A stretch of DNA of 64,000 nucleotides. It comes from an uncultured virus (IMG/VR IMGVR_UViG_3300017761_002881) (taxonomy: Duplodnaviria; Heunggongvirae; Uroviricota; Caudoviricetes). Within the stretch, counting starts at the first letter, position 1; each line of letters begins with the position of its first letter. A program made the translations under genes and the position numbers. The notes below the pieces were generated by a model that had not been told where the DNA came from, made no database searches, and was given only the letters and a program-made list of their open reading frames with translations. Below are positions 47,442-58,245 of this stretch, piece after piece. The DNA is taken from the IMG/VR virus record IMGVR_UViG_3300017761_002881; one strand, given 5' to 3'.

Positions 47442-48782
47442 TCAACCGACTTTGGTAGTCATATCAGTCATGGCATGATAATTTACGCCCGCTTTTATCT
47501 TTACTGGATATCCGCCTGCTGATATTGTTTCTTTTATCTTAACGATGAGATCTTTACTGTCATCTAGATCAAAATCAAATAAAAGAGAATCATACGTATA
47601 TAAAATCAATTTACTAGAATAGCCCGTTAACAATTCATGTACATTGTTAATGGCCAACATATTATGCTCGGTTTCAGTCGCTTGTAATAGATAATTGAAT
47701 ACTTTACCTGCATTAGCATCTGATATCATATGTGCCGGTATAGGACGATTAAACTTGGGAGTATGAATAACTCCGTTACGTTTAAACTGCTTCCATACAT
47801 CGTTGATATATTTTTTAGTCTTTCCAAAAAATGGAATCTTTTCAAAGTCTGAATCAATACCTCCGTATAACAAATGAAACGTCATCTGTTTACTTTGATC
47901 ATATTCTTCCTGAGTTAATTCTGTTTTACCGAAATACTGTTTACCGAAATACGAGTGTACGGATTCATCTGGTAATCGATATCCTATCAGATCTGCAATT
48001 AGCCGTACGTGAAATGCATCATAGTCAAATTCCAGCAACATACCACGGTGAAATCTACTACGTATCATTGAACGACTACCATCTTCTTTATTTAATGCAG
48101 CATAATTAATACCACCAAATTTATTACTAGGTCGGCCAGTACTGGTATACGGATTATACTCTGAATATACTAATCCGGTCTTAGTAGTCTGATCGAAATG
48201 CGATTGCAGCAATGTCGGATCTACACATATACCGTTGCATTCAATACCGAACATGTTATCCATCATATATTTTTCATAGCTAACAAATTCCGTAGTTAAT
48301 TTATATGCATTGTATATTGGTATAAATACATCTCGCATGGCACGACACCGTTCTAGATGTTTTGTAGCAGGAAGCCAATCATTAGTATTGCTTTCATTGT
48401 ACCACCACTTGTTCCACATATCATGAGCAGAGGTATTGGTTTCATCTAATGCTAACATTCGTCCGGTATGCCACCATGCAAATAGATCGGCATCATAACA
48501 TGTATTTGAGTAGGTATAATTGAATCGTTTTTTTGACAATACAAAGATATTACATGAACTTGTAAACGATTGTATTAGTTCTGTATTAAAGTTTATGCAA
48601 TCCGAATTATGGAATGATACGAAATAGTCTAGATCATCTGCAATACTATAAATGTATAATGCCGTTATACGATTTTGAGTATAATGTTTATACGGATCAG
48701 AGAATATGGGAATCCAAAAACTATCACCTAGTCTCAACGACTCTATAATTCTACGTAACTCTAATTCGGATTCGATAAACAT
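47442..48782 (-). CDS. Compact family A DNA polymerase-like protein
   Basis: TSTGRPS, EFDYDAFHVRL (motif A), SKQMTFHLLYG (motif B), NYLLQATE, YTYDSLLFD (motif C). Confidence 0.82.
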   Translation of the reverse strand: MFIESELELRRIIESLRLGDSFWIPIFSDPYKHYTQNRITALYIYSIADDLDYFVSFHNSDCINFNTELIQSFTSSCNIFVLSKKRFNYTYSNTCYDADLFAWWHTGRMLALDETNTSAHDMWNKWWYNESNTNDWLPATKHLERCRAMRDVFIPIYNAYKLTTEFVSYEKYMMDNMFGIECNGICVDPTLLQSHFDQTTKTGLVYSEYNPYTSTGRPSNKFGGINYAALNKEDGSRSMIRSRFHRGMLLEFDYDAFHVRLIADLIGYRLPDESVHSYFGKQYFGKTELTQEEYDQSKQMTFHLLYGGIDSDFEKIPFFGKTKKYINDVWKQFKRNGVIHTPKFNRPIPAHMISDANAGKVFNYLLQATETEHNMLAINNVHELLTGYSSKLILYTYDSLLFDFDLDDSKDLIVKIKETISAGGYPVKIKAGVNYHAMTDMTTKVG

Positions 48783-48817
48783 TACTTTAATATAAATGCT
48801 AAATCCTACGAATCAAA
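48783..48817 (-). promoter_or_regulatory. Sigma70-like promoter TTTGAT-N17-TATATT-AAAGTA-ATG (probably leaderless)
   Basis: Same motif family; marks the boundary between structural and replication blocks. Confidence 0.68.
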
Positions 48818-48820
48818 ATA

Positions 48821-49375
48821 TTATCGTACAAATTCTGAAAAATCTGAAAAGTATTGACGTATACCTGGATATGTTTTTTCCATTAACAACAATGTACGGT
48901 TATTAGTATCTGCTGGATTGTCTCCTGTCAATACCCAATCTACAATACCTTTACGGAACAACTTAAGATTAATGCCAGGCTTATTGTTACCATTAGCATC
49001 ATCGTATTGCTGCTTATCAATTTCCATTATGTAGTTACTTTGATTTATCTTTTGTACAAAGTAACGTTTAAACTGGCCATTCTTATACTCTTTATTACCG
49101 GGGTCTGGCATAAATAATTTTGGAGTGACATGCTTATCAAATGCTAATTTTTTCAATTTAAAATAATCTATATTCGGTTCACGTAGGTGATAAATATCAA
49201 CTGATATCAAACGCCTAGCTTTTCTACCTGGGCTATTACCAGTTAGTAATATTCCATCGGCCTTGCAATAACTACCTATATATTCGGTACCATCTTCTAA
49301 AACAAACTCGCCTGGATTAGCATAGAACCCGGTTTCAATTTCATTTTTTGGATAATATATTTTTATACGGCCCAT
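48821..49375 (-). CDS. Hypothetical protein (end of the tail/baseplate operon)
   Basis: 184-aa ORF, co-oriented and closely packed. Confidence 0.7.
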   Translation of the reverse strand: MGRIKIYYPKNEIETGFYANPGEFVLEDGTEYIGSYCKADGILLTGNSPGRKARRLISVDIYHLREPNIDYFKLKKLAFDKHVTPKLFMPDPGNKEYKNGQFKRYFVQKINQSNYIMEIDKQQYDDANGNNKPGINLKLFRKGIVDWVLTGDNPADTNNRTLLLMEKTYPGIRQYFSDFSEFVR

Positions 49376-49388
49376 CGTGTTACATTTT

Positions 49389-51197
49389 TTAAATTATAGT
49401 AAATACAGTTTCTAATTTAGTTTCCCAATCATTTGTAGCTATAGTATGAATTATTTTTTGTACAATAAATACTCCCTTACCACCTTTCTGGTAACCAGGT
49501 AAAAATGATACTGTGATAGCATCACCAAACTCCCATCCTACGCAGCCGTCCATAGTTACTTGTAGATTAAGCGGAAATTGTCCGTACTGATGTGGTATTT
49601 TACCGCTAGATGCATCTTCAGATGTTGCATTATTAACTAACTTACCTAACTGTTCCTTTAATCCAGCGAGCGAAGCTGCACTAAACTTTTCTTGCACTAA
49701 TCCTTTTTCTCTAGCATCTCTAATAGCTTGTGCAGCATTACCCGGATCGCCAGCTGTATCTTGACCATTAGCTCCAGCTGCACCAGAGCCTACTGACTTT
49801 CTATTAAGTACCGCAATTGCATATGCATCACTAGAAGCTGGAGCAGCTGATACTTCGCATAATCGTATAGCTTGATTACCACTAATAGGATCAAATACTG
49901 CAGGACTTACATTTGAGTTATCATTATGATTATATGCACATATTAACATTGTTTTATCTTTAGGCAAGGTAGCCAAATGAATATTGCCGCCGGTAGCACT
50001 AACAATATCTTGAAATATTTTTTCGAACATTTGTCCTATACTAAAAACTACTTTAGCTGGCTGACCGTTATCTGGCGTTATTGACTTATCTGGAGCATTC
50101 TCTGTTTTTGAAGCTGCCCCGAATACTGTTGATGCTATATACGACGACGATAATAAAATATTCTTACAGTTAATAGTATTACTGTTAATCGCTGGTGGTG
50201 CACTGGCTTTACTCTCAGCTAATAATTTTTGTTCATCTGGTACATCTGCAGCTGCACCGTAATCACCGGCACCTCCACCTGCTATTAAAATGTTCAATGG
50301 GTCAGCACTACATATTCCAGCTAAACATCCTGCGCCTTCAGCCGTTTTATCAAATTTATAAGTAACGCCTACTAACTTACCTTCATCAGGAATATAATAT
50401 GTATTTATCTGCTGAACAAACCATTCTAAAGTGCAATATACTAATTTAGCATTATCATATGATACTGGAATGCCAGCTGCTGCCATTATCTCTAATACTT
50501 TTTTCGTCTGTTCATCTGCATCACCTTGTGTAACTCCTGGATTCGTAACTACTAGTACACCATTATAAAACCCGTCAGGTACATCTTTCGTAGCTACGCT
50601 GCCGCCGCCCTGTGCTTGATATTTCATTAACTGTGATATAGTCTGCACCGGCGTAGCTACTCCAGGCCCGCCTACTTCTAATACGTCTGTAAATGTAAGA
50701 CCTGCGCCAGCTAATTTAGCACTAACGTTAACATCTGCCTGATTTATTAACGGGGTAGCTGACATACAACTTACTGTACAACGAACATAATTATCTTTTG
50801 TAGTAGTCCAATTGTATTTATAGATCATTAGATTACTAAATGTCTTACCGCCCGATGGAGCGCCTGATTCTGCATAACCTACAGATACAGATGCATCGGC
50901 CCCGAGTTTAAATGCAGATGCGGCATATTTACTAAACGCGCCTATAGTAAAACACGTAAACGTAACTTCTACCTGTGTTAAATGGCCATATGTATCTCCT
51001 TCTGTAATTGTAACAGAATCTAATTGTACTTGGGGTCGGCCACCTCCGCCATATGTACCTTCAAAACTATCTGGATTAGATGGTAGCTTAGCTCCGCCGA
51101 GATTTACAGATACAGCTGCATTGAAACGTTTTTTGTATTTATAACCTTTACCGTGACCAGGAGCTCCTCGGCCCGGATTTTTTTTAAACAGTGACAT
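49389..51197 (-). CDS. Putative baseplate hub protein
   Basis: Position after the LysM-like gene; C-terminal L.VTMDG..G..FG...F.V..I.H.I...W.T.LET beta pattern typical of hub proteins. Confidence 0.55.
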   Translation of the reverse strand: MSLFKKNPGRGAPGHGKGYKYKKRFNAAVSVNLGGAKLPSNPDSFEGTYGGGGRPQVQLDSVTITEGDTYGHLTQVEVTFTCFTIGAFSKYAASAFKLGADASVSVGYAESGAPSGGKTFSNLMIYKYNWTTTKDNYVRCTVSCMSATPLINQADVNVSAKLAGAGLTFTDVLEVGGPGVATPVQTISQLMKYQAQGGGSVATKDVPDGFYNGVLVVTNPGVTQGDADEQTKKVLEIMAAAGIPVSYDNAKLVYCTLEWFVQQINTYYIPDEGKLVGVTYKFDKTAEGAGCLAGICSADPLNILIAGGGAGDYGAAADVPDEQKLLAESKASAPPAINSNTINCKNILLSSSYIASTVFGAASKTENAPDKSITPDNGQPAKVVFSIGQMFEKIFQDIVSATGGNIHLATLPKDKTMLICAYNHNDNSNVSPAVFDPISGNQAIRLCEVSAAPASSDAYAIAVLNRKSVGSGAAGANGQDTAGDPGNAAQAIRDAREKGLVQEKFSAASLAGLKEQLGKLVNNATSEDASSGKIPHQYGQFPLNLQVTMDGCVGWEFGDAITVSFLPGYQKGGKGVFIVQKIIHTIATNDWETKLETVFTII

Positions 51198-51502
51198 TAT
51201 CTATTCTCCTCTGCCTTTTGTAATAAATCATTAATGGTTGTTATGATAGAATCTGGCGGTATACGTAACTGCAACCCGCCAGGGACGACCATGGTGCCTT
51301 TACCTAAGTTATTTGCATTAGCTAATATAAACCAAAGTTGAGTATCTCCGTAAAACTCATATGCTAATGAATCTAAACGATCTCCTTCTTTAGAAAAGAT
51401 ATATCGATCTGCATAACTTTTTGGTATTTCTATCGATCGTACAGTCGAATAAGCTTTACGAGCCGTAACTTTATCTAATTTAGCATATTGATATCTATTC
51501 AT
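51197..51502 (-). CDS. LysM-like baseplate wedge/tail X protein
   Basis: GDRLDSLAYEFYGDTQLWFILANAN...G.QLRIP. Confidence 0.8.
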   Translation of the reverse strand: MNRYQYAKLDKVTARKAYSTVRSIEIPKSYADRYIFSKEGDRLDSLAYEFYGDTQLWFILANANNLGKGTMVVPGGLQLRIPPDSIITTINDLLQKAEENR

Positions 51503-51513
51503 TATCTATCCTT

Positions 51514-54051
51514 TTAATTTGTAGGCGCTAAAACAGTACCCGTACCTACTGGCTGCCCGTCTACCGTTTCATTACCATTAGCGTCAAAACTTGTAGGATC
51601 TAGACTAGCATCATTTGCAGCAGGAGTTGGCGAATTATCTGCTTGGGCCTGATATGTTTCATTACCTGAATTATTAGGTACATCACTATATACTGCCGGT
51701 ATTCTATTACCTCCGTAACTATACGGAATTTGTTCGGCTTTCGGTTTGGAGGTACCAACCCATGTCAATGACATATTAACGTTAGTATACATAGGTAATT
51801 GTACTCCTTCAGTTATTTCCCATGGCGTATCCTGATCCCAATCATACTGTAAAGTATTTACATACATATACTGCTTAACATATAAATCTCCAATAGTAAC
51901 ACGTATAAACTGGCCATGGAATCCAGATCCGGCATATACAGGATATGTATTTCTAGCTAGCGCCGATAATTTATCCCATACATTATGTTGCTCATCTGCC
52001 GAATGAACTACTACCTTAAAGTCTAAACTTATGCTACGTTCAAAGCTGGAATACAACACTTTAGGATCGGCACGGCCCTGATCTTGTGATGGATTCCAGC
52101 CTGGCGAAAATGAATCACTTAGGCTGTTAATATAAGCCCTAAATATTATAGGTCTGCCATTTGTGCCAGAAAATCCTACACTTTCGAAACGAAACTTAAT
52201 TAAATCTTTTACTCCAGATAATTCAGTACCGTACGGAGTATTATTGATAGGGTCTGGTTTAGATCTTTTTCTATTAGCTGCATTATATGGCGTATATCCA
52301 TAATAGTTTTCTAATGTATTTTTACGATATTCATCAGATGTACTCCAAGCTTGACCTGTACGAAAATCTAATAATTGTCCGTTTTGTGGGCCACGATATG
52401 ATTCAGCTCCTGTAAGTCGTCGTACATCGCCGTATGTCAATGCCCTATAGTTTCGTATATTATCTGCATTTGTACGATTTTCGACTATCTTTTGGTCTTC
52501 TGTTTGCGATACTCCGCCACGGAACGTCGGTGATAGTGATTCAACAATACTATCTTTTAATTTTCTAGCATCTGTTTTTTGTGATACGAATGATTCTAAT
52601 GAATCTTCACGTGTATCTTCTCCAGCAATTGTATCGCCTGTTATCGGACTGTTAGGAGTATACGTACCTAAATATGGAACATTGAATTTTTTAAATCGTT
52701 CATCAAAGTCAGCTTGATTACCAATACCTCGAATAAAATCTTCATGTGATGCTAATTGCGATTTAAAAGTAGTTAGTTCTGCTAATGAATTACCAAAACC
52801 TATTGGATACTCATATCTTGTACGTAATGAAAATTTAAGATATGTTGGAAACTTAACATAAAACGGAATAACACTATATGTTTGTGTAGTAGCTGTCGCA
52901 TCTGGATGATCATTAGTATCCAGTTGTTGTATTGTCAATGTACCACCAGACCCGTTACCAGCGTATGGATTTCGTGCTGTAAATAAAGCATCTTCCGAAG
53001 ATCTTGTAGTGCCTATAGTTCCTGGTATACGTATAAAGGTATTATATAATTCATACTTTGTAAAATTAGTAATCCCAATACCGCCTACCGAATCAGGCCC
53101 TAAAGCTGCACTAGTAGCTGCCCATTGCGGCAATAATCTAAGAGCCTCATTTCCACCTTTTCGTTGAAAATTTAATTCCGTTAAACGATTAAATGGACGA
53201 TTAGGATCTCGTGCTATATTAATTAAATCTTGTTCTCTATGAACACCCTCATATGTATCACCATCACCCTCGAATGGAAGTCCATATCGTTTAAAACGTA
53301 AACCTGCAATTCCGCCAACAGCTGATGCTAAAAAATTTACCGGATTAAATAATTTTTGTCTAGTTGGTGTAGTGGCATATCCAGTAACGTTCTCTGTATT
53401 AGGATTCATTAAATGCAACAATTGTTGCTTAGCTAAAAATAACAATCCTTGCGGACGTATCAAAAACTTACCTAATCGTACTGCATCTAATGCGGCCCGT
53501 TCAACGGATGCTACAATACCTCCACGTGGTACTTCCATACTAGCATTAGCTAATGCTGTGCCTGCTAATCCCCAACGTTGTGGATCTGAACTTCCATCTT
53601 GTTGAATACCACGTAAGATAAAGGGCGGTTTAGCATAACCAAATGGATCATATGCCTCATCACGTACTTTAAACTTATTGTACATATCATCAATAGGAGA
53701 GTTGTTAGTATATGAAGCAGCTAATCCAAACGGCAATCTATTATTGTATATTGCAGAATATGGACGACCTATATACCAACCAGTTCGTTTAATATCAAAC
53801 TGATGTATTTGACCCTCTGGACCAATTGGAAATCTAGTACCTTCACCTAATTGTGCTTTACGTGTAGACGACCCGTTATCTAAAGGTAATCCATCTGCAG
53901 ATACACGTGGCAATTGCCCTGCAGGAGTAACACTTACAGTTAAATCTTCGTTATAAACAAAGCGTGTAATATTTTTATCATTATTGGCTACACCGGCTGG
54001 CGGTGTTTTTCCGTACCAACTTAGATCTGACTTTAAATCTATTAGTGCCAT
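51514..54051 (-). CDS. Baseplate/tail-tube-initiator-like structural protein
   Basis: Directly after the tape measure; FRAYINSLSDSF..W....GR...Y..FERSISLDF domain. Confidence 0.6.
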   Translation of the reverse strand: MALIDLKSDLSWYGKTPPAGVANNDKNITRFVYNEDLTVSVTPAGQLPRVSADGLPLDNGSSTRKAQLGEGTRFPIGPEGQIHQFDIKRTGWYIGRPYSAIYNNRLPFGLAASYTNNSPIDDMYNKFKVRDEAYDPFGYAKPPFILRGIQQDGSSDPQRWGLAGTALANASMEVPRGGIVASVERAALDAVRLGKFLIRPQGLLFLAKQQLLHLMNPNTENVTGYATTPTRQKLFNPVNFLASAVGGIAGLRFKRYGLPFEGDGDTYEGVHREQDLINIARDPNRPFNRLTELNFQRKGGNEALRLLPQWAATSAALGPDSVGGIGITNFTKYELYNTFIRIPGTIGTTRSSEDALFTARNPYAGNGSGGTLTIQQLDTNDHPDATATTQTYSVIPFYVKFPTYLKFSLRTRYEYPIGFGNSLAELTTFKSQLASHEDFIRGIGNQADFDERFKKFNVPYLGTYTPNSPITGDTIAGEDTREDSLESFVSQKTDARKLKDSIVESLSPTFRGGVSQTEDQKIVENRTNADNIRNYRALTYGDVRRLTGAESYRGPQNGQLLDFRTGQAWSTSDEYRKNTLENYYGYTPYNAANRKRSKPDPINNTPYGTELSGVKDLIKFRFESVGFSGTNGRPIIFRAYINSLSDSFSPGWNPSQDQGRADPKVLYSSFERSISLDFKVVVHSADEQHNVWDKLSALARNTYPVYAGSGFHGQFIRVTIGDLYVKQYMYVNTLQYDWDQDTPWEITEGVQLPMYTNVNMSLTWVGTSKPKAEQIPYSYGGNRIPAVYSDVPNNSGNETYQAQADNSPTPAANDASLDPTSFDANGNETVDGQPVGTGTVLAPTN

Positions 54052-54060
54052 ATACCGACT

Positions 54061-57000
54061 TTATTTTTTAAACGATTTGTTAGATGTGCCCATTGTTACA
54101 ATAGCATTCGCTGTACTTGGCGATAACACAACTTCTTGACGTTGACTCATCAATCCTACCATTTGTTGCAATAAACTTACCATTTCAGTTACAGATTTAT
54201 TATCTAATACTCCGCCTATCTTATCATTGCTATTAGGTTCTATTACAAAGTCATTGGCTTGTACTTTAACGGTTTCATTCATACCGCCTTCAATCATCGG
54301 CTGAGCTGTTTGCGGTTGAGCCCCTTGGCCTTCTACTCCTAATGCAAATTTACCTAATCCTGTAAATGCTTCGTTAGGTAATAAATCAATCAAATTATCC
54401 GTTAGCCATTTAATTGGAGAAAATCCTAACGCGCCACCTATTTGATCTGCTAAAGTAATAGTAGATCCTATACCAGGTATAAGAGTTATTAATGATGACA
54501 CGATCGGATATGCAGCAGATTGAACTATTTGTTTACCAAAGTCTCCAAAGTCTATACTTTCACCCGCAGCTAATTTACTTTTACCGCCTTGAATTAATGT
54601 AGATATACTACTTATGCTTGAGATAGCTGCCATTATTGGCCCTAAAGCTTTCGCAAAACCTGTCTTTAAAAATCCGCCTACCTTCTCGCCAAACATTTTT
54701 GAAGGATCTAATTTTTCAGACAGGAAATCACCTATCCTACTAAAAAATCCTCCGCCGCCTTTAGGTGCAGCTGTTGGAGCACTACCTCCACCGCCTCCTG
54801 CAGGTGTTGTTGGCATTTTACTAGATCCGCCCATGCTACTGCTAGAGCTAGGAGCTCCGCCTCCGCCACCCGATGCACCTCCACCTCCACCAGTTCCTCC
54901 ACCTCCTCCGGTAACCATATCTAACATAGAATCCATCATTCCGCCTTGGCCTATTCCCATCTTTTGACCTATTTTGGTTTTACCTAATAAGTCTTTAGCC
55001 ATATCAAATATACCACCACCGCCTTCTTCAGCTGCCTCTGCTTCTGGAGTACCTGGAGTTGCAGAACTTCCTCCGGTATTTTGAACTATCTGTTGAAGAT
55101 TTTCAACTACCGTATCTAAATAGGTAAATATGTCGCTATAGAAATCACCTGTCAATTCTGGCTCAGCTGGCACTTCAGCAGTTACAGCTTCTTCTCCGCC
55201 TCCTAACAATGATCCTAAAGCAGCTCCAGCAATATCTTTTATACTGCCGCCGGACATTGCAGCATCTATTCCCGCTGTAAGTGCGCCGCCTCCTGCTCCG
55301 CCACCAACCAAATCTCCAGCTGCTGCTCCTACATTACCTGTAGCTAAATTAGTAGCAATATCACCTGCAGGCGATTCTCCTGCTACAGATGTAATAGCAT
55401 CTTGAGCTAAATCGGATGATAATACCGATCCAGCTAATCCAGCAATTGCCCCTAACTTACCGCCACCTTTTCCTTTACCTTTAAAGAAACTACCTATACG
55501 TCCCAATAGTCCTGGTTTCTTATCTGTAGGAGCTGCAGTATCCTGCATTTCTTCTGATACGTCTTTGGTTTTATCACGTTTAAACAAATTACCAAAACGT
55601 TTTAAAAGATTTGGTTTTTTAGTTGCAGTTTCTTGTGCTCCTTCAACAACGTCCTTAGTCTTATCACGCTTAAAGAAATTACCAACGCGTTTTAATAATC
55701 CTGGTTTTTTATCTGTAGCTTCTTTTTGAGCTTCGCCGGCTACATCTTTAGATTTATCACGTTTAAACAAGTTCATTATACTTTTTAACATGCCCGGTTT
55801 TTCTTTCTGTTCTTTACCCTTTACATCAAATTTACCTGGCGCGGCTCCTGCCTTACCGTAAAAATCTTGCAATGCACGTAACGTACCTTCATATGTAGAT
55901 GTGGCTGCTTCCGCTTCTTTACCTTTACCGAATATAGTTTCAAATAGTGGTGATTTAGTAACACCTTTAATAGTTTTTCTTAATACTGCGAATCCGGCAA
56001 CTGCTCCGGTAATTCCTGCAGCCATACCTAGTAAACTAGAACTACTATCTTCTTGCGCAGTGCCTTGTGCTTCTGCCTGTGCTCTCAATTCCTGTTCAGC
56101 TTCACCAAGTGTTTTATCATTGGCTTTAGCATATTCTTCAATTTTTTCTGGTGTAATTTCTAAAGCTTTTTGAAAACTATTACTAGCTCCGAACAATCCG
56201 CCAAACATTGTCGATAATTTATTACCCATGTTAGCTAATATTTCAACAAATGAAATAATTCCAGGCACTAATTTAGGTAATGTCTCAGCCAATGCACCCA
56301 TTAATGGAGCTAACGATTGTTTCAAACGTTCCATTTGCTCATTGAATTGATCGGATAAAGCTTGACCTTGACGCCGTTTGAGCATATTTTCAATCTCCTG
56401 ACGTTGTTGCACACCTAACTCTTTACTTCGTTTTAATATTTCTTCATCCCCAACAACACCATTTAAATAATCAGCCATATTGAATCCCATAGATTCGATA
56501 AGGTCTAGATTTTTAAATTCTTCAGCAGCTTGATCAGCTGTCATACCCATTAGATCAGCATATGACTGTGTTGCTAATTTAATCATAGCTTTATCACCAG
56601 ATTTAATAGCATCATTAACTTTTTTACTAACATCTAGTTTAGCTTGTACTAGATCTTCTGGATTACCGAATAATGAAGCTTCACGGAAGGCATCCATTTC
56701 TTTAGAAATATCTGCGCCGGTAAATACTCGTAGCCTCATTTCCTGTGTCAAACTTTCTTCGATATCTAACTGTTTTTCACCTTGTTTTATAACAGTATTA
56801 ATATCAGTACCTAACATACGAGCTGCTGCAGCTGCCTTTGTTAATGCAGTAACATTTTTACCGAATACCATTGCATTGACACGTCCCAATTTTCCTATAT
56901 CTTTTAATAGTTCAGATTGATTAACAAGATAATTACCGCCAGCTTCTAAAGCGTCTACTTGTTCCAATACAGCAGCGGTCATTGTATTAGTATCACCGCC

Positions 57001-58245
57001 TAAGGTTTCAGCCACTGCACTTAATCCAGCAGCTTCATCTGTAGCTAACCCGAATCCTACTACTAATGTATTAACTGACTTAATTTCATCTTCAAATGAT
57101 TTTGCATTACTAGCATTAATTCTATTAATGCCGCCATACGCTGCATTCAATGCTTTAACTGATTCTAAATATCGATCAGTACTGATACCGGACTGTAATG
57201 AGGCAGCGTACATTTGATTTGCAGCATCTTTAGTCGTACCCATCGATTTTGCTATATCTGATATTCTGTCATCATATGCTGTTATTAATTTAAATAAACC
57301 TGCAAACGCAATACCGATGCCAGCTAAACCTAATAATACTGTACCGCCTATACCAAATGACTTCCCAACACTTTTTCCTAAAGCAGAAAATCCACGCTCG
57401 CCTTCGACTAATGACTTACTTAACGTTTGATTAAAACGTTTCATTCCGTCCGTTAAATACGAACTAATCTGTTTACCTACAAATGGTACTTGGTCAGTAA
57501 ATGCTGTTAATTTACCTAAAGCTTTATCAGTATGCTCCGTTATTGTTTCTTGTATTTTAATACGTTGAACTTCAAATTTTGCTAAATCTTGCATTAAACC
57601 TAAACCAAGAGCCAATTGTTCATTACCTGCTTGGTATGCATCTGATATTTTACCGTTTAAGTCTTCAACTACCTGTACAGGATCTTTACTCTGTTCTAAT
57701 ATATCTAATAAATCATCCTGCGTTTCTTTATTTATTATTCCTTGCTTGGCAAGGTTTTCAGATAAGCCGAGACCATCTTTTAATAATAAATTATACTGCT
57801 GTTCACCTTTTAATTGCTGTTGCAATGATTCAGTACGAGATTTAATTGACTCATCTAATTGATCACTTGTAAACTTTTTATACTTTTGAGCTGCTATTTG
57901 CTGTAAATTATAAGACGCTTGATCTTTTTTTAATATAGCATCTGCAATTTCAAAGCGATCTTGCATCGATCGGCGCTGTTGTTGTAGATTAGATATATGA
58001 CCTTTATCGAGTTTTGCAAGTTTAGCTGCATTTATTTCTTGAGTTTTTAACGATTTCGCTTGTTCAGTTAATACTCGCAATGTAGCTCGGTCAGTACTAA
58101 GCTTCAAAGTTTTTGCAGTACGTTCAATCTGCGATTGCAAACTAATCTGTGTCTGCTTTTCTAAGATATTGTCCAATAGAGAGTCAACATCTTTATATGA
58201 CTGCACGTTAAGTGATTTGGTAATATCGTTAGATTTATCTATCAT
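54061..58245 (-). CDS. Tail tape measure protein
   Basis: 1394 aa, helical, Ala/Gly-rich with hydrophobic stretches; downstream of sheath, tube and chaperone. Confidence 0.85.
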   Translation of the reverse strand: MIDKSNDITKSLNVQSYKDVDSLLDNILEKQTQISLQSQIERTAKTLKLSTDRATLRVLTEQAKSLKTQEINAAKLAKLDKGHISNLQQQRRSMQDRFEIADAILKKDQASYNLQQIAAQKYKKFTSDQLDESIKSRTESLQQQLKGEQQYNLLLKDGLGLSENLAKQGIINKETQDDLLDILEQSKDPVQVVEDLNGKISDAYQAGNEQLALGLGLMQDLAKFEVQRIKIQETITEHTDKALGKLTAFTDQVPFVGKQISSYLTDGMKRFNQTLSKSLVEGERGFSALGKSVGKSFGIGGTVLLGLAGIGIAFAGLFKLITAYDDRISDIAKSMGTTKDAANQMYAASLQSGISTDRYLESVKALNAAYGGINRINASNAKSFEDEIKSVNTLVVGFGLATDEAAGLSAVAETLGGDTNTMTAAVLEQVDALEAGGNYLVNQSELLKDIGKLGRVNAMVFGKNVTALTKAAAAARMLGTDINTVIKQGEKQLDIEESLTQEMRLRVFTGADISKEMDAFREASLFGNPEDLVQAKLDVSKKVNDAIKSGDKAMIKLATQSYADLMGMTADQAAEEFKNLDLIESMGFNMADYLNGVVGDEEILKRSKELGVQQRQEIENMLKRRQGQALSDQFNEQMERLKQSLAPLMGALAETLPKLVPGIISFVEILANMGNKLSTMFGGLFGASNSFQKALEITPEKIEEYAKANDKTLGEAEQELRAQAEAQGTAQEDSSSSLLGMAAGITGAVAGFAVLRKTIKGVTKSPLFETIFGKGKEAEAATSTYEGTLRALQDFYGKAGAAPGKFDVKGKEQKEKPGMLKSIMNLFKRDKSKDVAGEAQKEATDKKPGLLKRVGNFFKRDKTKDVVEGAQETATKKPNLLKRFGNLFKRDKTKDVSEEMQDTAAPTDKKPGLLGRIGSFFKGKGKGGGKLGAIAGLAGSVLSSDLAQDAITSVAGESPAGDIATNLATGNVGAAAGDLVGGGAGGGALTAGIDAAMSGGSIKDIAGAALGSLLGGGEEAVTAEVPAEPELTGDFYSDIFTYLDTVVENLQQIVQNTGGSSATPGTPEAEAAEEGGGGIFDMAKDLLGKTKIGQKMGIGQGGMMDSMLDMVTGGGGGTGGGGGASGGGGGAPSSSSSMGGSSKMPTTPAGGGGGSAPTAAPKGGGGFFSRIGDFLSEKLDPSKMFGEKVGGFLKTGFAKALGPIMAAISSISSISTLIQGGKSKLAAGESIDFGDFGKQIVQSAAYPIVSSLITLIPGIGSTITLADQIGGALGFSPIKWLTDNLIDLLPNEAFTGLGKFALGVEGQGAQPQTAQPMIEGGMNETVKVQANDFVIEPNSNDKIGGVLDNKSVTEMVSLLQQMVGLMSQRQEVVLSPSTANAIVTMGTSNKSFKK
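55480..55810 (-). repeat. Four ~30-aa internal repeats in the tape measure protein
   Basis: KPGMLKSIMNLFKRDKSKDV / KPGLLKRVGNFFKRDKTKDV / KPNLLKRFGNLFKRDKTKDV / KPGLLGRIGSFFKGK. Confidence 0.85.
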
